In this document: one piece after another, positions 168,329-179,347 of the stretch
Layout of the letters: each line of letters starts with the position of its first letter
How positions within the stretch are numbered: position 1 is the stretch's first letter
From: Hyalangium minutum
GTDB taxonomy: Bacteria; Myxococcota; Myxococcia; Myxococcales; Myxococcaceae
Direction of reading: 5' to 3'
Assembly: GCF_000737315.1 (NCBI RefSeq)
Contig: NZ_JMCB01000001.1
Span: 20,001 to 268,000, forward strand
DNA length: 248,000 bases
Made by a program: the position numbers and the translations under genes
The notes under the pieces: generated by a model
What the model saw: the letters and a program-made list of their open reading frames with translations, nothing else
Database searches by the model: none
Told to the model about the DNA's origin: nothing

Positions 168329-170257
168329 GTGACCCTGCTCCGCGCCGCCAATGTCCAGCTGACCTTCGGAAGCCGTACCGTCTTCGAGGGGCTCACCCTC
168401 ACCATCGAGGAGGGTGAGCGCGTCGGCTTGGTGGGAGTGAACGGGTCGGGGAAGTCCTCGCTGATGAAGATCATGGCGGGGGTGTCGCGGCCGGACGCGG
168501 GGGAGCTTCAGCTCCGCCGTGGGGCTCGCGTCACCTACCTGCCGCAGGAGCCCGAGTTCCCCGAGGGCGCCACGGTGGCCTCGGAGCTGTCGGTGTCGCA
168601 GGGGCCGCTGAAGGAGGTGCTCACGGCGCACGCGGAGCTGAGCCGCAAGCTGGAGTCCACTCCGGCGGAGGCCCACGAGAAGCTGCTGGAGCAGCTCGCC
168701 TCGTTGAACGACCGCATCGAGCAGCTCGGCGGCTGGGACACGGAGCACCACGCGAAGATGCTGCTGGACCGGCTGGGCGTGAAGGAGTGGGACCGGCCGG
168801 TGTCTCAGCTGTCTGGCGGCTTGCGCAAGCGCGTGGCGATTGCGCGGGCGCTGCTGACGCGGCCGGACCTGCTGATGCTGGACGAGCCCACCAACCACCT
168901 GGACGCGGACACGGTGGACTGGCTCGAGGGAGAGCTGGACAAGCTCCCAGGCTCGCTGCTGCTGGTGACGCACGATCGCTACTTCCTGGACGGGCTGGTG
169001 GATCGAATTGTGGAGATCCAACCCGGCGGAGGCGTGGTCTCGTACCCGGGCAACTACGAGGCGTACATCGAGCAGAAGCTGGTGGCGCAGGAGAACGCGT
169101 CCCTGGCGCAGCACAAGCGTGAGCGGTGGATCGCGCAAGAAGTGGCCTGGCTGCGGCGAGGCCCCGAGGCGCGGCGCACGAAGAGCAAGGCGCGCATCGA
169201 TCGGGCGCGGAAGCTGATGGCAGAGAAGGGCTTCCAGCGGCCGAAGGTGGCGGAGCTGCAGGTGCTGGCGGCGCCCCGGCTCGGGCACACGGTCATCGAG
169301 GCAGAGGGGATTGGAAAGTCCTACGGCGACCGGAAGGTGCTGAAGAACGTGGACTTCCGGCTGCAGCGCGGCGAGCGCGTGGGAATCGTGGGGCCCAACG
169401 GCGTGGGCAAGACGACGTTCCTGCGGGTGTTGCTGGGCGAGCTGCCTCCGGACAGCGGGAAGCTGGTCATCGGGAAGAACACGAAGGTGGCGTACTACGA
169501 CCAGACGCGGGCCTCGCTGGATCCCGAGCAGACGGTGTACGAGGCGGCCTCTCCGGGCGAGGACTGGGTAGAGTTCGGCGACAAGAAGGTGGCCCTGCGG
169601 GACTACCTGGAAGACCTGCTGTTCCCGGTACCGATGCAGAAGCAGAAGGTGGCGGCGCTGTCGGGAGGCGAGCGCAACCGGCTGCTGCTGGCGCGGCTGT
169701 TCCTGGAAGGGGCGAACGTCCTGGTGCTGGACGAGCCCACGAACGATCTGGACATCGTGACGTTGAACGTCCTGGAGGGGCTGCTGCTGAGCTTCACGGG
169801 GAGCGTGCTGCTGGTGACCCACGACCGGTACTTCCTGGACAAGGTGGCCACGTCCATCCTGGCTTTCGAGGGAGACGGGCGGGTAGTCCGGTACGAGGGC
169901 AACTACGCGATGTACCGGCGCCTGAAGGACCAGGCGGAGGCGGCTAAAGCGGCGGAGGCCTCGGCGACAGCGCCGAAGAAGGAGGCCCCTCCCCCGTCCC
170001 AGGCCGAGGCGCCGAAGCAGGCGCGGAAGCCCGGGAAGCTCTCGTACAAGGAGCAGCGGGAGCTGGACGGAATGGAGGCGGCGATCGAGGCGGCGGAGAC
170101 GCGCAAAGCGGAGCTGGAAGCGAAGCTGGCCGACCCCACCGTCTACAGCAGCGCGACGAAGGTGCCGGAGCTGCAGCGCGAGCTGGAGACTGCGACCGTC
170201 GAGGTGGACCGGCTGTACGCGCGCTGGCAGGAACTGCAGAACCTCGTCAGCGGTTGA
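168329..170257 (+). CDS. ABC-F ATPase (Uup-like)
   Basis: two NBDs, C-terminal coiled coil KLSYKEQREL. Confidence 0.88.
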   Translation: MTLLRAANVQLTFGSRTVFEGLTLTIEEGERVGLVGVNGSGKSSLMKIMAGVSRPDAGELQLRRGARVTYLPQEPEFPEGATVASELSVSQGPLKEVLTAHAELSRKLESTPAEAHEKLLEQLASLNDRIEQLGGWDTEHHAKMLLDRLGVKEWDRPVSQLSGGLRKRVAIARALLTRPDLLMLDEPTNHLDADTVDWLEGELDKLPGSLLLVTHDRYFLDGLVDRIVEIQPGGGVVSYPGNYEAYIEQKLVAQENASLAQHKRERWIAQEVAWLRRGPEARRTKSKARIDRARKLMAEKGFQRPKVAELQVLAAPRLGHTVIEAEGIGKSYGDRKVLKNVDFRLQRGERVGIVGPNGVGKTTFLRVLLGELPPDSGKLVIGKNTKVAYYDQTRASLDPEQTVYEAASPGEDWVEFGDKKVALRDYLEDLLFPVPMQKQKVAALSGGERNRLLLARLFLEGANVLVLDEPTNDLDIVTLNVLEGLLLSFTGSVLLVTHDRYFLDKVATSILAFEGDGRVVRYEGNYAMYRRLKDQAEAAKAAEASATAPKKEAPPPSQAEAPKQARKPGKLSYKEQRELDGMEAAIEAAETRKAELEAKLADPTVYSSATKVPELQRELETATVEVDRLYARWQELQNLVSG

Positions 170258-170298
170258 GCGCCGGCCGACGCCACGGAGCGAGAGAGAGGCATGATGTG

Positions 170299-171690
170299 AT
170301 GATCCATCCGAAAAGAGCAGCAGTCCCCCTGGCGCTCGCCCTGGGCGCGCTGGTGTTAGGACTGGGGTGGGCCAGCCTGCGAAAGGAGCCTTCGCCTCTC
170401 GGCGAGTCCGCGCAAGGGAACAGCCCGGGCAATCCTCAAGACGCCCAGCGCACTGGATCTTCGCAGCAGGACAAGGACGAGTACGCGCGGAAGGCCCTGG
170501 AGGCGCTGCGGGAAGCAGGCTTCACGGAGCCCCTGACCTACGATCCCGAGCGCTTCCAGATCCAAATCCCCGACGGCGAGGGCCAGCAAGCGCAGACGAT
170601 CTTCCTCGGCAATCTCTATGACGAGTACCGATCGGCGCCTCCCGAGCGGCGCGAGGTAGTGCTCCGGCACATCACGGCGATGGGCCGCGCGCCGAGCTCC
170701 CCCATCAGTTACACGTCGGCGCGCTCGTCGTTGATGCCCGTGGTGCGCCCGCGCGCGTACTTCTCACTGCTGGAGATCGTCGATCCGAAGAGCCCGCTCG
170801 GCAGCCCGAGGCCCGCGGAGTGGCGCGCGCTGGGAGAGGTGCTCTCGGTGGCGGTCGTGCTCGATACGCCGGACGCCATGAAGTACCTGGGGCAGGAGCA
170901 GTTCCAGGAGTGGGGCATCACCTTCGACGAGGCGCTCGGGGTCGCGATGGAGAACCTGCGGAGCCAGAGCGCCGAGCCGCTGTTTCCGGTGGCCCCAGGC
171001 GTTTGCGCCTCGGGGTGGCGAGACAGCTATGGCGTATCTCGCCTGCTGCTGGACGAGGTGGTGCGCCGCTGCAAGGTGCGTGGGGATCCCGTGGTCTTCG
171101 CGCCCCAGCGGGATCTGCTGCTCATCACCGGCGCGGAGGACGAGGACGGGCTGGCACAGGCCGCGGAGATCGCCCTGAAGGCCTTCCAGGCGCCGCGCTC
171201 GATCGACGGACGCGCGCTGCGGCGAACGCCCCAGGGGTGGAAGCCCTTCCTGCCCGCGCCCCAGAGCAAGGCGTGGCAGCCCATGCGCAACCTGGCGGTC
171301 TACAGCCAGGGGCGCGATTACGCGGATCAGACGGATCGGCTCCGGCAGCAACACGAACAACTCGGGGTGGAGCTCTTCGTCGCGGACTTCGTGGTCTCGG
171401 AGGAGGAGTCAGGCCAGGCGGTCAGCCAGGCAGTCTGGGTCAAGGGGCTCGACACGCTGTTGCCGCGCGTGGATCGGATCTTCTTCATGGACGAGGCGCT
171501 CGGACCCAAGGCGCCGCCCGTGGCGGTGGTGCGCTGGGAAGCGGTGAAGCGGGACATGGGGGCCCAGTTGGTGCCAGTGGAAGGAGACTATCCCGAGCGC
171601 TACCGCCCGCAGGGCTTCCCCTCCCCCGAGCAGATTGCCCGCTGGAAGAAGGATCCGAGCGCGTGGGACATGCCCCCGCCGCCTCCGTAA
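170299..171690 (+). CDS. membrane-anchored hypothetical (DUF1444-like)
   Basis: N-terminal TM; LENLR..PQRD.LL pattern. Confidence 0.55.
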   Translation: MIHPKRAAVPLALALGALVLGLGWASLRKEPSPLGESAQGNSPGNPQDAQRTGSSQQDKDEYARKALEALREAGFTEPLTYDPERFQIQIPDGEGQQAQTIFLGNLYDEYRSAPPERREVVLRHITAMGRAPSSPISYTSARSSLMPVVRPRAYFSLLEIVDPKSPLGSPRPAEWRALGEVLSVAVVLDTPDAMKYLGQEQFQEWGITFDEALGVAMENLRSQSAEPLFPVAPGVCASGWRDSYGVSRLLLDEVVRRCKVRGDPVVFAPQRDLLLITGAEDEDGLAQAAEIALKAFQAPRSIDGRALRRTPQGWKPFLPAPQSKAWQPMRNLAVYSQGRDYADQTDRLRQQHEQLGVELFVADFVVSEEESGQAVSQAVWVKGLDTLLPRVDRIFFMDEALGPKAPPVAVVRWEAVKRDMGAQLVPVEGDYPERYRPQGFPSPEQIARWKKDPSAWDMPPPPP

Positions 171691-171699
171691 GGCGGCACC

Positions 171700-172490
<791 letters not shown>

Positions 172491-172496
172491 CGTCCC

Positions 172497-173075
172497 TTAC
172501 GAGGCGTCTGGCGTTTCTTCCTGCACGGCCAGAGAGAAGGGGTAGATCGAGCGGTGGCCGATGTTCGAGTGGTCGACGGTAAGGTAAAGCTCACCCGCGA
172601 TCGAAATCACCGCTTGCGGAGGGGGGCTGACCTGGCTCTTGAACCAGGCCTCGGCCTCCGGAAGCGTCGAGAAGGAGGCGACGGGTGGCGGTAGCCCTTC
172701 ACGAACACGTGCTCCGAGGAAGTACTGAAGGACGGGATGGGGAAAGATGCGGCGTTCCTGCAAATCGCGGTTGTAGACGAGCAGATGGTACTGGTCCGCA
172801 ATCAAGACGTATGCAGAAGAGGGAGGTGCAGGCTGCTCCTTCAACCAGTTCTCCGCCTCCTCGCGTGAGCCGAACGCCGCCGCGACGCGCGGAGGTTCGT
172901 CGGACGCCAGATGCTTCCGGTAATCCTCAAAGGCATAAACCTGCCCCGTGGATTCGATGAACAGAAGAGCGTCAAACAGGACGTCACGCACTTCCTGAGG
173001 AGCATGGACCGAAGCGTTTGAGCCAAGACCCGCAAGGAACTCCATGGCACTGGAAAGGAGCTTGCGCGTACTCAT
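172497..173075 (-). CDS. putative immunity protein
   Basis: ATGA-coupled to the upstream lipoprotein; internal duplicated half (F.S.EEAE.W..Q..PP). Confidence 0.55.
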   Translation of the reverse strand: MSTRKLLSSAMEFLAGLGSNASVHAPQEVRDVLFDALLFIESTGQVYAFEDYRKHLASDEPPRVAAAFGSREEAENWLKEQPAPPSSAYVLIADQYHLLVYNRDLQERRIFPHPVLQYFLGARVREGLPPPVASFSTLPEAEAWFKSQVSPPPQAVISIAGELYLTVDHSNIGHRSIYPFSLAVQEETPDAS

Positions 173076-173701
173076 TGCGCCCCCCCAGCAACACTGTCCT
173101 CGGGTTGGCTTTCGGATGACGTCATCAGCACCACGGGAGCAAGAACCAGAAGCCCAGCCCCAGCGGAGATGACCACAAAGGCGATCCCAGCAACGGTGAT
173201 GACGCTGCCCACCAAGACCTCCTTCCGGTGGCGCTTCAGCCAGTCGATCAGACCATCCACTGTCGTGAACTCCTGGGGCCGGAGCCGCTCCAGTTCCCGA
173301 CAATCATCGTAGGCCTGCTGGCATTCGCGACGGCAGAACTCCGACTTGCCGCCCATCTTGCGAGGGGACGTATAGCTTCCATACCCAGGAGGAAGAGGAC
173401 GCGACATGCATTTTTGGTAGCACTCTTGATTCTCCTGGTCACAGTCTCGAGGCCGGGCCGCAGCAGGTAGAACGCCTCCTGATCGCGCTTCGTTGGCTGA
173501 CCGAAACCGGTAGGCCGAGAAGTCGAAGCGCTCGGCGGGCTGCCACGCGTGGGTGACCTGACCATCGGGGTGCGCTTGGAGAACAAGCACGAAGTGCTCA
173601 GGATTTGCTGGGCTCGGCACTTCTGGCGAACGAGAACGGCTGGCGCTGCATGCCACCAGCAAGGTGCTCAGGCCCACGGCGAGGAGCTTCTTAAGCATCA
173701 T
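173072..173701 (-). CDS. lipoprotein with Cys-rich core and C-terminal hydrophobic hairpin (toxin candidate)
   Basis: lipobox LVAC; C-C-C-C-C-C cluster; VLVGSVITVAGIAFVVISAGAGLLVL. Confidence 0.6.
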   Translation of the reverse strand: MMLKKLLAVGLSTLLVACSASRSRSPEVPSPANPEHFVLVLQAHPDGQVTHAWQPAERFDFSAYRFRSANEARSGGVLPAAARPRDCDQENQECYQKCMSRPLPPGYGSYTSPRKMGGKSEFCRRECQQAYDDCRELERLRPQEFTTVDGLIDWLKRHRKEVLVGSVITVAGIAFVVISAGAGLLVLAPVVLMTSSESQPEDSVAGGAQ

Positions 173702-174060
173702 GTTGGGTCCTCTGGGGGCCATCCGCATCGATGATATAGCACCAGCCCCAGACCTGCCCCCACGCCCACCGCGGACAGGCCATGCCGCACCGCCAGCCAC
173801 ACCACCACCCTCCGCCTCGCCCCCAGCGCCATCCGCACCCGATCTCCCGAGCTCGCTGCGTCACCCGGTATGACGGCCGATGGCCCCGAAACACCCTCGG
173901 AAAGCGAGCCGGCCTCAGAGGCTCCGATTGCCTGCCTGCTCGGACGGATCCTGGCTGCCTGGAGGCTGGGGGAAGCCTCCGGCGCCGTCATCCGTTGCAG
174001 ACCGTCCCCATGGCTCCCTGGCTGTGCTAGGTAGGCCCCCTCTCTGACTTTCGAACACCT

Positions 174061-175683
174061 ATGATTCGGCTCGACAACATCGGCAAGCAGCACGGCCAGC
174101 AGATCCTCTTCGTGGAGGCCTCCGCCCAGCTCAACCGCGGCGAGAAGATTGGCCTCGTAGGCCCCAACGGCGCGGGCAAGACCACCCTCTTCCGCATGGT
174201 CATGCAGCGCGAGCACCCGGACGAAGGCCAGGTCTCCGTCGACCGGGGCGTCACCATCGGTTACTTCGACCAGGACGTGGGCGAGATGTCCGGCATGTCC
174301 GCCGTGGCCGCGACCATGGACGGCGCGGGCCCGGTCTCCGAGGTCGCCGCCGAGCTCAAGCAGCTCGAGGCCGCCATGGCCGACCCAGAGCGCATGGACG
174401 AGATGGACAAGCTCATCGAGCGCTTCGGCGTGGTGCAGGGCCGCTACGAGGAGCTGGGCGGCTACGCGCTGGAGGGCAAGGCACGGGAGATCCTCGCGGG
174501 CCTGGGCTTCACCCTGGAGATGATGGACGGGGACGTGGGGGCGCTCAGCGGTGGGTGGAAGATGCGCGTGGCGCTGGCCCGCATCCTCCTGATGCGCCCG
174601 GACGTCATGCTGCTGGACGAGCCCAGCAACCACCTCGACATCGAGTCGCTCATCTGGCTGGAGAACTTCCTCAAGGGCTACGAAGGCGCCCTGCTGATGA
174701 CCAGCCACGACCGCGAGTTCATGAACCGCGTCATCTCGAAGATCATCGAGATCGACGGTGGCACGCTGACGACGTACTCGGGCAACTACGACTTCTACGA
174801 GAAGCAGCGCGCCCAGCTCGAGCGCCAGCAGCAGGCGCAGTTCGAGCGCCAGCAGGCCATGCTCGCCAAGGAGCTGAAGTTCATCGAGCGCTTCAAGGCG
174901 CGCGCCTCGCACGCGGCCCAGGTGCAGAGCCGGGTGAAGAAGCTGGAGAAGATCGAAAAGGTGGAGCCGCCCAAGCGGCGCCAGACCCTGGTGTTCGACT
175001 TCCAGCCGCCGCCGCGCTCGGGCGACGACGTGGCGAAGCTGGAGCGGGTGGTGAAGGGCTATGGCAAGCGCCGCATCTACAGCGGGCTGGACTTCCTGGT
175101 CCGCCGCGGCGAGCGCTGGTGCGTGATGGGCGTGAACGGCGCGGGCAAGTCCACGCTGCTCAAGCTGATTGCGGGCGAGTCCCATCCGGATGACGGAGCG
175201 GTGTCGGTGGGCTCCAGCGTGAAGATGGGCTACTTCGCCCAGCACGCCATGGAGGTGCTCAAGGGCGAGCTGACGGTGTTCGAGTCCCTGGTAGAGCGGT
175301 TCCCGCGGGCTTCGCAGGGCTCGCTGCGGGCGCTGGCCGGGTGCTTCGGCTTCTCCGGCGACGAGGTGGAGAAGAAGTGCCGGGTGCTCTCCGGTGGCGA
175401 GAAGGCGCGGCTGGTGCTGGCGCAGATGCTCTACGATCCGCCCAACTTCCTGGTGCTGGACGAGCCCACCAACCACCTGGACATGGCCACCAAGCAGATG
175501 CTGATCACAGCGCTGGCCAACTACGAGGGCACCATGCTCTTCGTGAGCCACGATCGGCACTTCCTGGCGGCGCTCTCCAACCGGGTGCTGGAGCTGACGC
175601 CCGAGGGCGTGCACCAGTACGGTGGTGGTTACACGGAATACGTGTCGCGCACGGGCCAGGAGGCCCCGGGTCTCAGAAATTAA
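174061..175683 (+). CDS. ABC-F ATPase
   Basis: two NBDs, LSGGWKMR, no TM. Confidence 0.9.
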   Translation: MIRLDNIGKQHGQQILFVEASAQLNRGEKIGLVGPNGAGKTTLFRMVMQREHPDEGQVSVDRGVTIGYFDQDVGEMSGMSAVAATMDGAGPVSEVAAELKQLEAAMADPERMDEMDKLIERFGVVQGRYEELGGYALEGKAREILAGLGFTLEMMDGDVGALSGGWKMRVALARILLMRPDVMLLDEPSNHLDIESLIWLENFLKGYEGALLMTSHDREFMNRVISKIIEIDGGTLTTYSGNYDFYEKQRAQLERQQQAQFERQQAMLAKELKFIERFKARASHAAQVQSRVKKLEKIEKVEPPKRRQTLVFDFQPPPRSGDDVAKLERVVKGYGKRRIYSGLDFLVRRGERWCVMGVNGAGKSTLLKLIAGESHPDDGAVSVGSSVKMGYFAQHAMEVLKGELTVFESLVERFPRASQGSLRALAGCFGFSGDEVEKKCRVLSGGEKARLVLAQMLYDPPNFLVLDEPTNHLDMATKQMLITALANYEGTMLFVSHDRHFLAALSNRVLELTPEGVHQYGGGYTEYVSRTGQEAPGLRN

Positions 175684-175764
175684 GAGTCAGGGCGCGCGGG
175701 CCTTGAACTCTGGGTCCGCGCGTTTTCTACTCCCTACTCGCCGCGTAGGTTCGTAGAGTGCACG

Positions 175765-176670
175765 GTGATGGTCCGCCCGTCCCTCTCTCTCGCTCTTGTG
175801 GCGCTGTCGCTGCTGTCCACCCCGGCCCTGGCCCAGTCGCGGCTGCCCAGCTTCGACCTCCAGCGGCTCCAGTTCGAGCCCAGCGCGCTCGGCTCCTTCG
175901 TGGTGGGCACCGGCCGCACGCTGGACGCGGGTGTCTTCCGCACCTCGTTCCAGGTCCACTACGAGCAGCAGCCGCTCTCCTTCGATGAGCGCTGGGACCC
176001 AGCTGCGGGCCAATCGCTGGTGGAGGGCAAGTTCACCACCCACCTCACCGCAGCCTATGGCGTGCTGTCCTGGCTGCAGGTGGGGGCGCAGGTGCCCTTC
176101 ATCCTCAACCAGTCGGGGACTCGCACCTTCACGGCGCTGCCCCCCTCGAAGACGGGCCTGGGGACACCCTGGGTGTCGGCTCGCGTGGGGCTGCTGAGCC
176201 AGAAGAGCGGTGGGCCCATGAACCTGGCGCTCGACGTCGCGGGCGCTGTGCCTGTGGGCAGCACCGAGGCGCTCGCCAAGGATGACTACGCGCTGTACCC
176301 ACGGCTCCAGCTGGGCGTCCAGGGTTCGGGCTTCCAGGTGGGAGGCGAGGTGGGCGCCCTCGTGCGCAAGAAGGTGGACCTCGGGGTGCTCTCCCTCCGC
176401 GAGCACGACGTCATCGGCAACGAGCTCCGGATCGGTGCCACGGTGACGTCGCTCGGCGGCAAGAAGACGCGCGGCGAGCTGAGCGTGATGACGGCGCTGC
176501 CGCTCGAGGACGGGCGCATGAGCACGGAGGTGCTGCTGGCCATCCGCCGCCACGCCCTGCCCTGGCTGGACCTCTACGTGCTCGGCGGGCCGGGGATCGG
176601 CATCGCCTCGGACACGCCCTCGTTCCGTGTCATCGCCGGCGCCTCGTTCTCCAACGCGAAGATCGACTGA
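175765..176670 (+). CDS. myxobacterial OmpA-family-type beta-barrel lacking the periplasmic OmpA domain
   Basis: signal peptide; FDLQRLQF..G..LDAG..HYE..PL. Confidence 0.55.
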   Translation: MMVRPSLSLALVALSLLSTPALAQSRLPSFDLQRLQFEPSALGSFVVGTGRTLDAGVFRTSFQVHYEQQPLSFDERWDPAAGQSLVEGKFTTHLTAAYGVLSWLQVGAQVPFILNQSGTRTFTALPPSKTGLGTPWVSARVGLLSQKSGGPMNLALDVAGAVPVGSTEALAKDDYALYPRLQLGVQGSGFQVGGEVGALVRKKVDLGVLSLREHDVIGNELRIGATVTSLGGKKTRGELSVMTALPLEDGRMSTEVLLAIRRHALPWLDLYVLGGPGIGIASDTPSFRVIAGASFSNAKID

Positions 176671-176782
176671 CGCTCAGCGCACGTTGCGGAACGTGCCCCG
176701 GTAGAAACAACAAGGGCGGCCGTGGCACGAAGCCACGGGCCGCCCTCTTCACTTCACCGGCCCGGAACGCGGGCCGCGCCGC

Positions 176783-177466
176783 TCAATTCACATCCCAGCA
176801 GGCGGCGATCTCCTCGCAGGCGAGCGCCAGGTTGTCCAACCGGCGCTGCTGCGCCTTGGGCGCCACGTACACCTTCCCCGCGAACACGTCGAACACGCGC
176901 ACCAGGCGGTGATCCACCGGCCCCTTCTGCTGCAGGTGCTCCTCCGCGTACAGGTGCAGCACCGTGGCGATGTACTGCCCGGACTGCTCGTTCAGCGGCG
177001 TGTGCTTCGAGAAGTACAGCTTCAGCAGCCCCGAGTGCATCTGCCCGTGCCGGTCCGCGCTGCGCAGCAGGAGCTCCGGCCGCACGTTGATCGTCACGCC
177101 GCTCAGCGCCATCGGCGGGAACTCCGGACCCGCGGGGCTCGCCACCGCGTTCGTCAGCGACAGCTCGTCGGCCGCCATCAGGAAGTGCTGCAGCGCCTCC
177201 GCGCACAAAGACAGCCGGTGCGCGTCGAAGTCCGACTCGGGCTTGGCGTTCAGCATGCGGCGCTGGTGGTAGCGCAGAATCACCTCATCACGGCCGCCGC
177301 AGAGGTACTCGACGATGGCTTGCGCGGCCTCCGGGTAGCGCAGGTACTGAGGGTCCACCGGGTGCTTCTGCGCGTGGATGATGCGCTTGCGCAGCGCCGG
177401 CGTCGCCGTCAGGTACTGCCCCAGCTTGTTCACCGAGACGCTCGGATTCGCACGAATGTCAGTCAT
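176783..177466 (-). CDS. hypothetical protein
   Basis: coding bias. Confidence 0.6.
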   Translation of the reverse strand: MTDIRANPSVSVNKLGQYLTATPALRKRIIHAQKHPVDPQYLRYPEAAQAIVEYLCGGRDEVILRYHQRRMLNAKPESDFDAHRLSLCAEALQHFLMAADELSLTNAVASPAGPEFPPMALSGVTINVRPELLLRSADRHGQMHSGLLKLYFSKHTPLNEQSGQYIATVLHLYAEEHLQQKGPVDHRLVRVFDVFAGKVYVAPKAQQRRLDNLALACEEIAACWDVN

Positions 177467-177669
177467 TGTTCGACCCTTCCTTGCCGTTGCGGGAATAAAG
177501 AGAGACTACCGGTCAGGTCTGACATTCCCCGGCGAGCCAGGGTCCTCATCCCAGCGCAAAACCCACCTTGTCGCACACCTCGAATTCAGAGGGCTCCGGG
177601 CCCTACCTGCCGCGTTCCGGCGCCCGGCCGTGCGTACAATAGAAACGAAGACGTGGAGGAGACACGCGC

Positions 177670-178110
177670 GTGAAATACCCCCCCCGGCTGGGACACCTGG
177701 CCACCCGCCCCGTAGTAGTGAACCGGCTGGTGCCCACCTATGCGAAGGCCCACCAGATTGACGAACAGGAGGCCGCTCAGCGGCTGGAGCGCGCCATCGC
177801 CGGGCGCCTCTGGGAGGACCTGCTTGCGGCCACGTGGGAGGCGATGCAGAGCCGCGTGAAGCGGCTGGACGAGCAGAAGCTGCTGGAGAAGGTGTTCAAC
177901 ACGCTCGAGGATCGGCCCCTGCGCTATGGCCGGGTGGTGGAGCCCAACGCCGCCTGGAGCGCCTTCATGATGCTGCTGGACCTGGAGATCGGCACCGCGG
178001 GGGACGCGGCCCGCAAGGTGATGGAGTCCGAGCAGGGCCGGAAGATGATCAGCGCCGGGCTCGCGGAGGCGGGGATGTTCCTCGCCATCGAGCTGACCAA
178101 GGGAAAGTGA
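177670..178110 (+). CDS. conserved hypothetical protein
   Basis: RBS, coding bias. Confidence 0.6.
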   Translation: MKYPPRLGHLATRPVVVNRLVPTYAKAHQIDEQEAAQRLERAIAGRLWEDLLAATWEAMQSRVKRLDEQKLLEKVFNTLEDRPLRYGRVVEPNAAWSAFMMLLDLEIGTAGDAARKVMESEQGRKMISAGLAEAGMFLAIELTKGK

Positions 178111-178223
178111 GCCCGCCTCCCCAGCGGCATTTCCACGGGGCCCAGGCTGTTGGCTCCACTCGACGACCCGAGCCGCCGTGCCCCTCGAGCAGCGGGGCGG
178201 GCGCCCCCTGAGAGACCCTGCAC

Positions 178224-179207
178224 GTGCTCATCCGGTACTCCGACTGGAAGCGGCCCACCGACGACGTCTATGCGTTCCGTCTGCGCACGGCCGCTGGCGC
178301 CGCCGAGCCAGGCGCGTTCATCCCCGCGCTGCCCGGCGTGGGGACCCAGAGCGACATCCGGGACGTCCTCCGCCGGGTGCTCGCGGACGGAGAGGCCGAG
178401 CGCTTCGAGCGCCAGATCGATCGCTGGTCCGGCCCCGAGGACGTGGTCGGAGAGGCGCGCGAGAAGCCTTACGCAGGGCAGCAGCACACCTTCGAGGAGC
178501 GCTCCCCGAGCGACACCCTCACGATGGCGGACGTGGACGCGGTGCTCCGAGGCATCGTCCTCGTGCTGCGCGGCAGCTCCGGTGCCACCGACTACGTGCT
178601 GCGTGACCACCACATGCTGGATGTGGCGCTGTACCACTATTGGACCACCGGCGAGCTGCCGAGCGCCCTCTTCCATGCAGACAGGCACTCGGACTGGTGC
178701 AAGGACAGCTACCTGGAGGCCCGCCGGCCCCAACAGGCGGCCACCTGGTGGGCGCTCATCGAGGGCCTCAAGCGCCCCAGCACCGGCGCTCCCGTGCTCT
178801 CCGAGCGGGCCGTCTTCTTCACCACCGCGGCGGCCGAGCGCTCCTCCCGGATGAGCGGGCGGGACATTGGCGCCTCGGTGCGCGTGCCCGGCTTCCTCGA
178901 TCCGGAGGGGCTCCGCTGGCCCCAGGTCCTCGAACAGCCCGGCGCCACCGAGGCGGACTGGGTCTCTCTGGATCTGGACTTCTTCCAGCCCTCACCCCAG
179001 CTCCGCGTCAGCAAGGGGCTGCTGCGAGACGCCCGCTTCCAGGGACTCCTCTCCGGCGCCCGGGTGCGCGTCTTCGTGCTCTCACCCCAGTTCACCAACG
179101 GTGGAGACCGGATCGATCCGTGGGTGATTCAGGGCCACCTGCATTCCTCGCTCCGGCTGCTCAACCTGCTGCGCCGCCCACTCCGCCTGGGGGTTCCCCA
179201 AGCCTGA
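178224..179207 (+). CDS. UPF0489/arginase-fold-like protein
   Basis: HADRHSD and LDLDFF metal motifs. Confidence 0.55.
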   Translation: MLIRYSDWKRPTDDVYAFRLRTAAGAAEPGAFIPALPGVGTQSDIRDVLRRVLADGEAERFERQIDRWSGPEDVVGEAREKPYAGQQHTFEERSPSDTLTMADVDAVLRGIVLVLRGSSGATDYVLRDHHMLDVALYHYWTTGELPSALFHADRHSDWCKDSYLEARRPQQAATWWALIEGLKRPSTGAPVLSERAVFFTTAAAERSSRMSGRDIGASVRVPGFLDPEGLRWPQVLEQPGATEADWVSLDLDFFQPSPQLRVSKGLLRDARFQGLLSGARVRVFVLSPQFTNGGDRIDPWVIQGHLHSSLRLLNLLRRPLRLGVPQA

Positions 179208-179347
179208 GGCAGGCGTGTCAGCCGGCATGTCATTTCTTCGGCCTTCCAACGAGATTCCACTGTCACGGAACCTCTTGCGATAGCAGTTCCCATTTTTCTG
179301 AAACCCGATGACAATCTCCCCCCTCTGCAGTTGGGGATGGGTCATCG

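Noticed and set aside
173740-173860. ABC-permease-like peptide (RMALGARR..VWLAVRHGL) on the minus strand
   Set aside because: Only ~40 codons with no start or context; at most a tiny remnant, too weak to call
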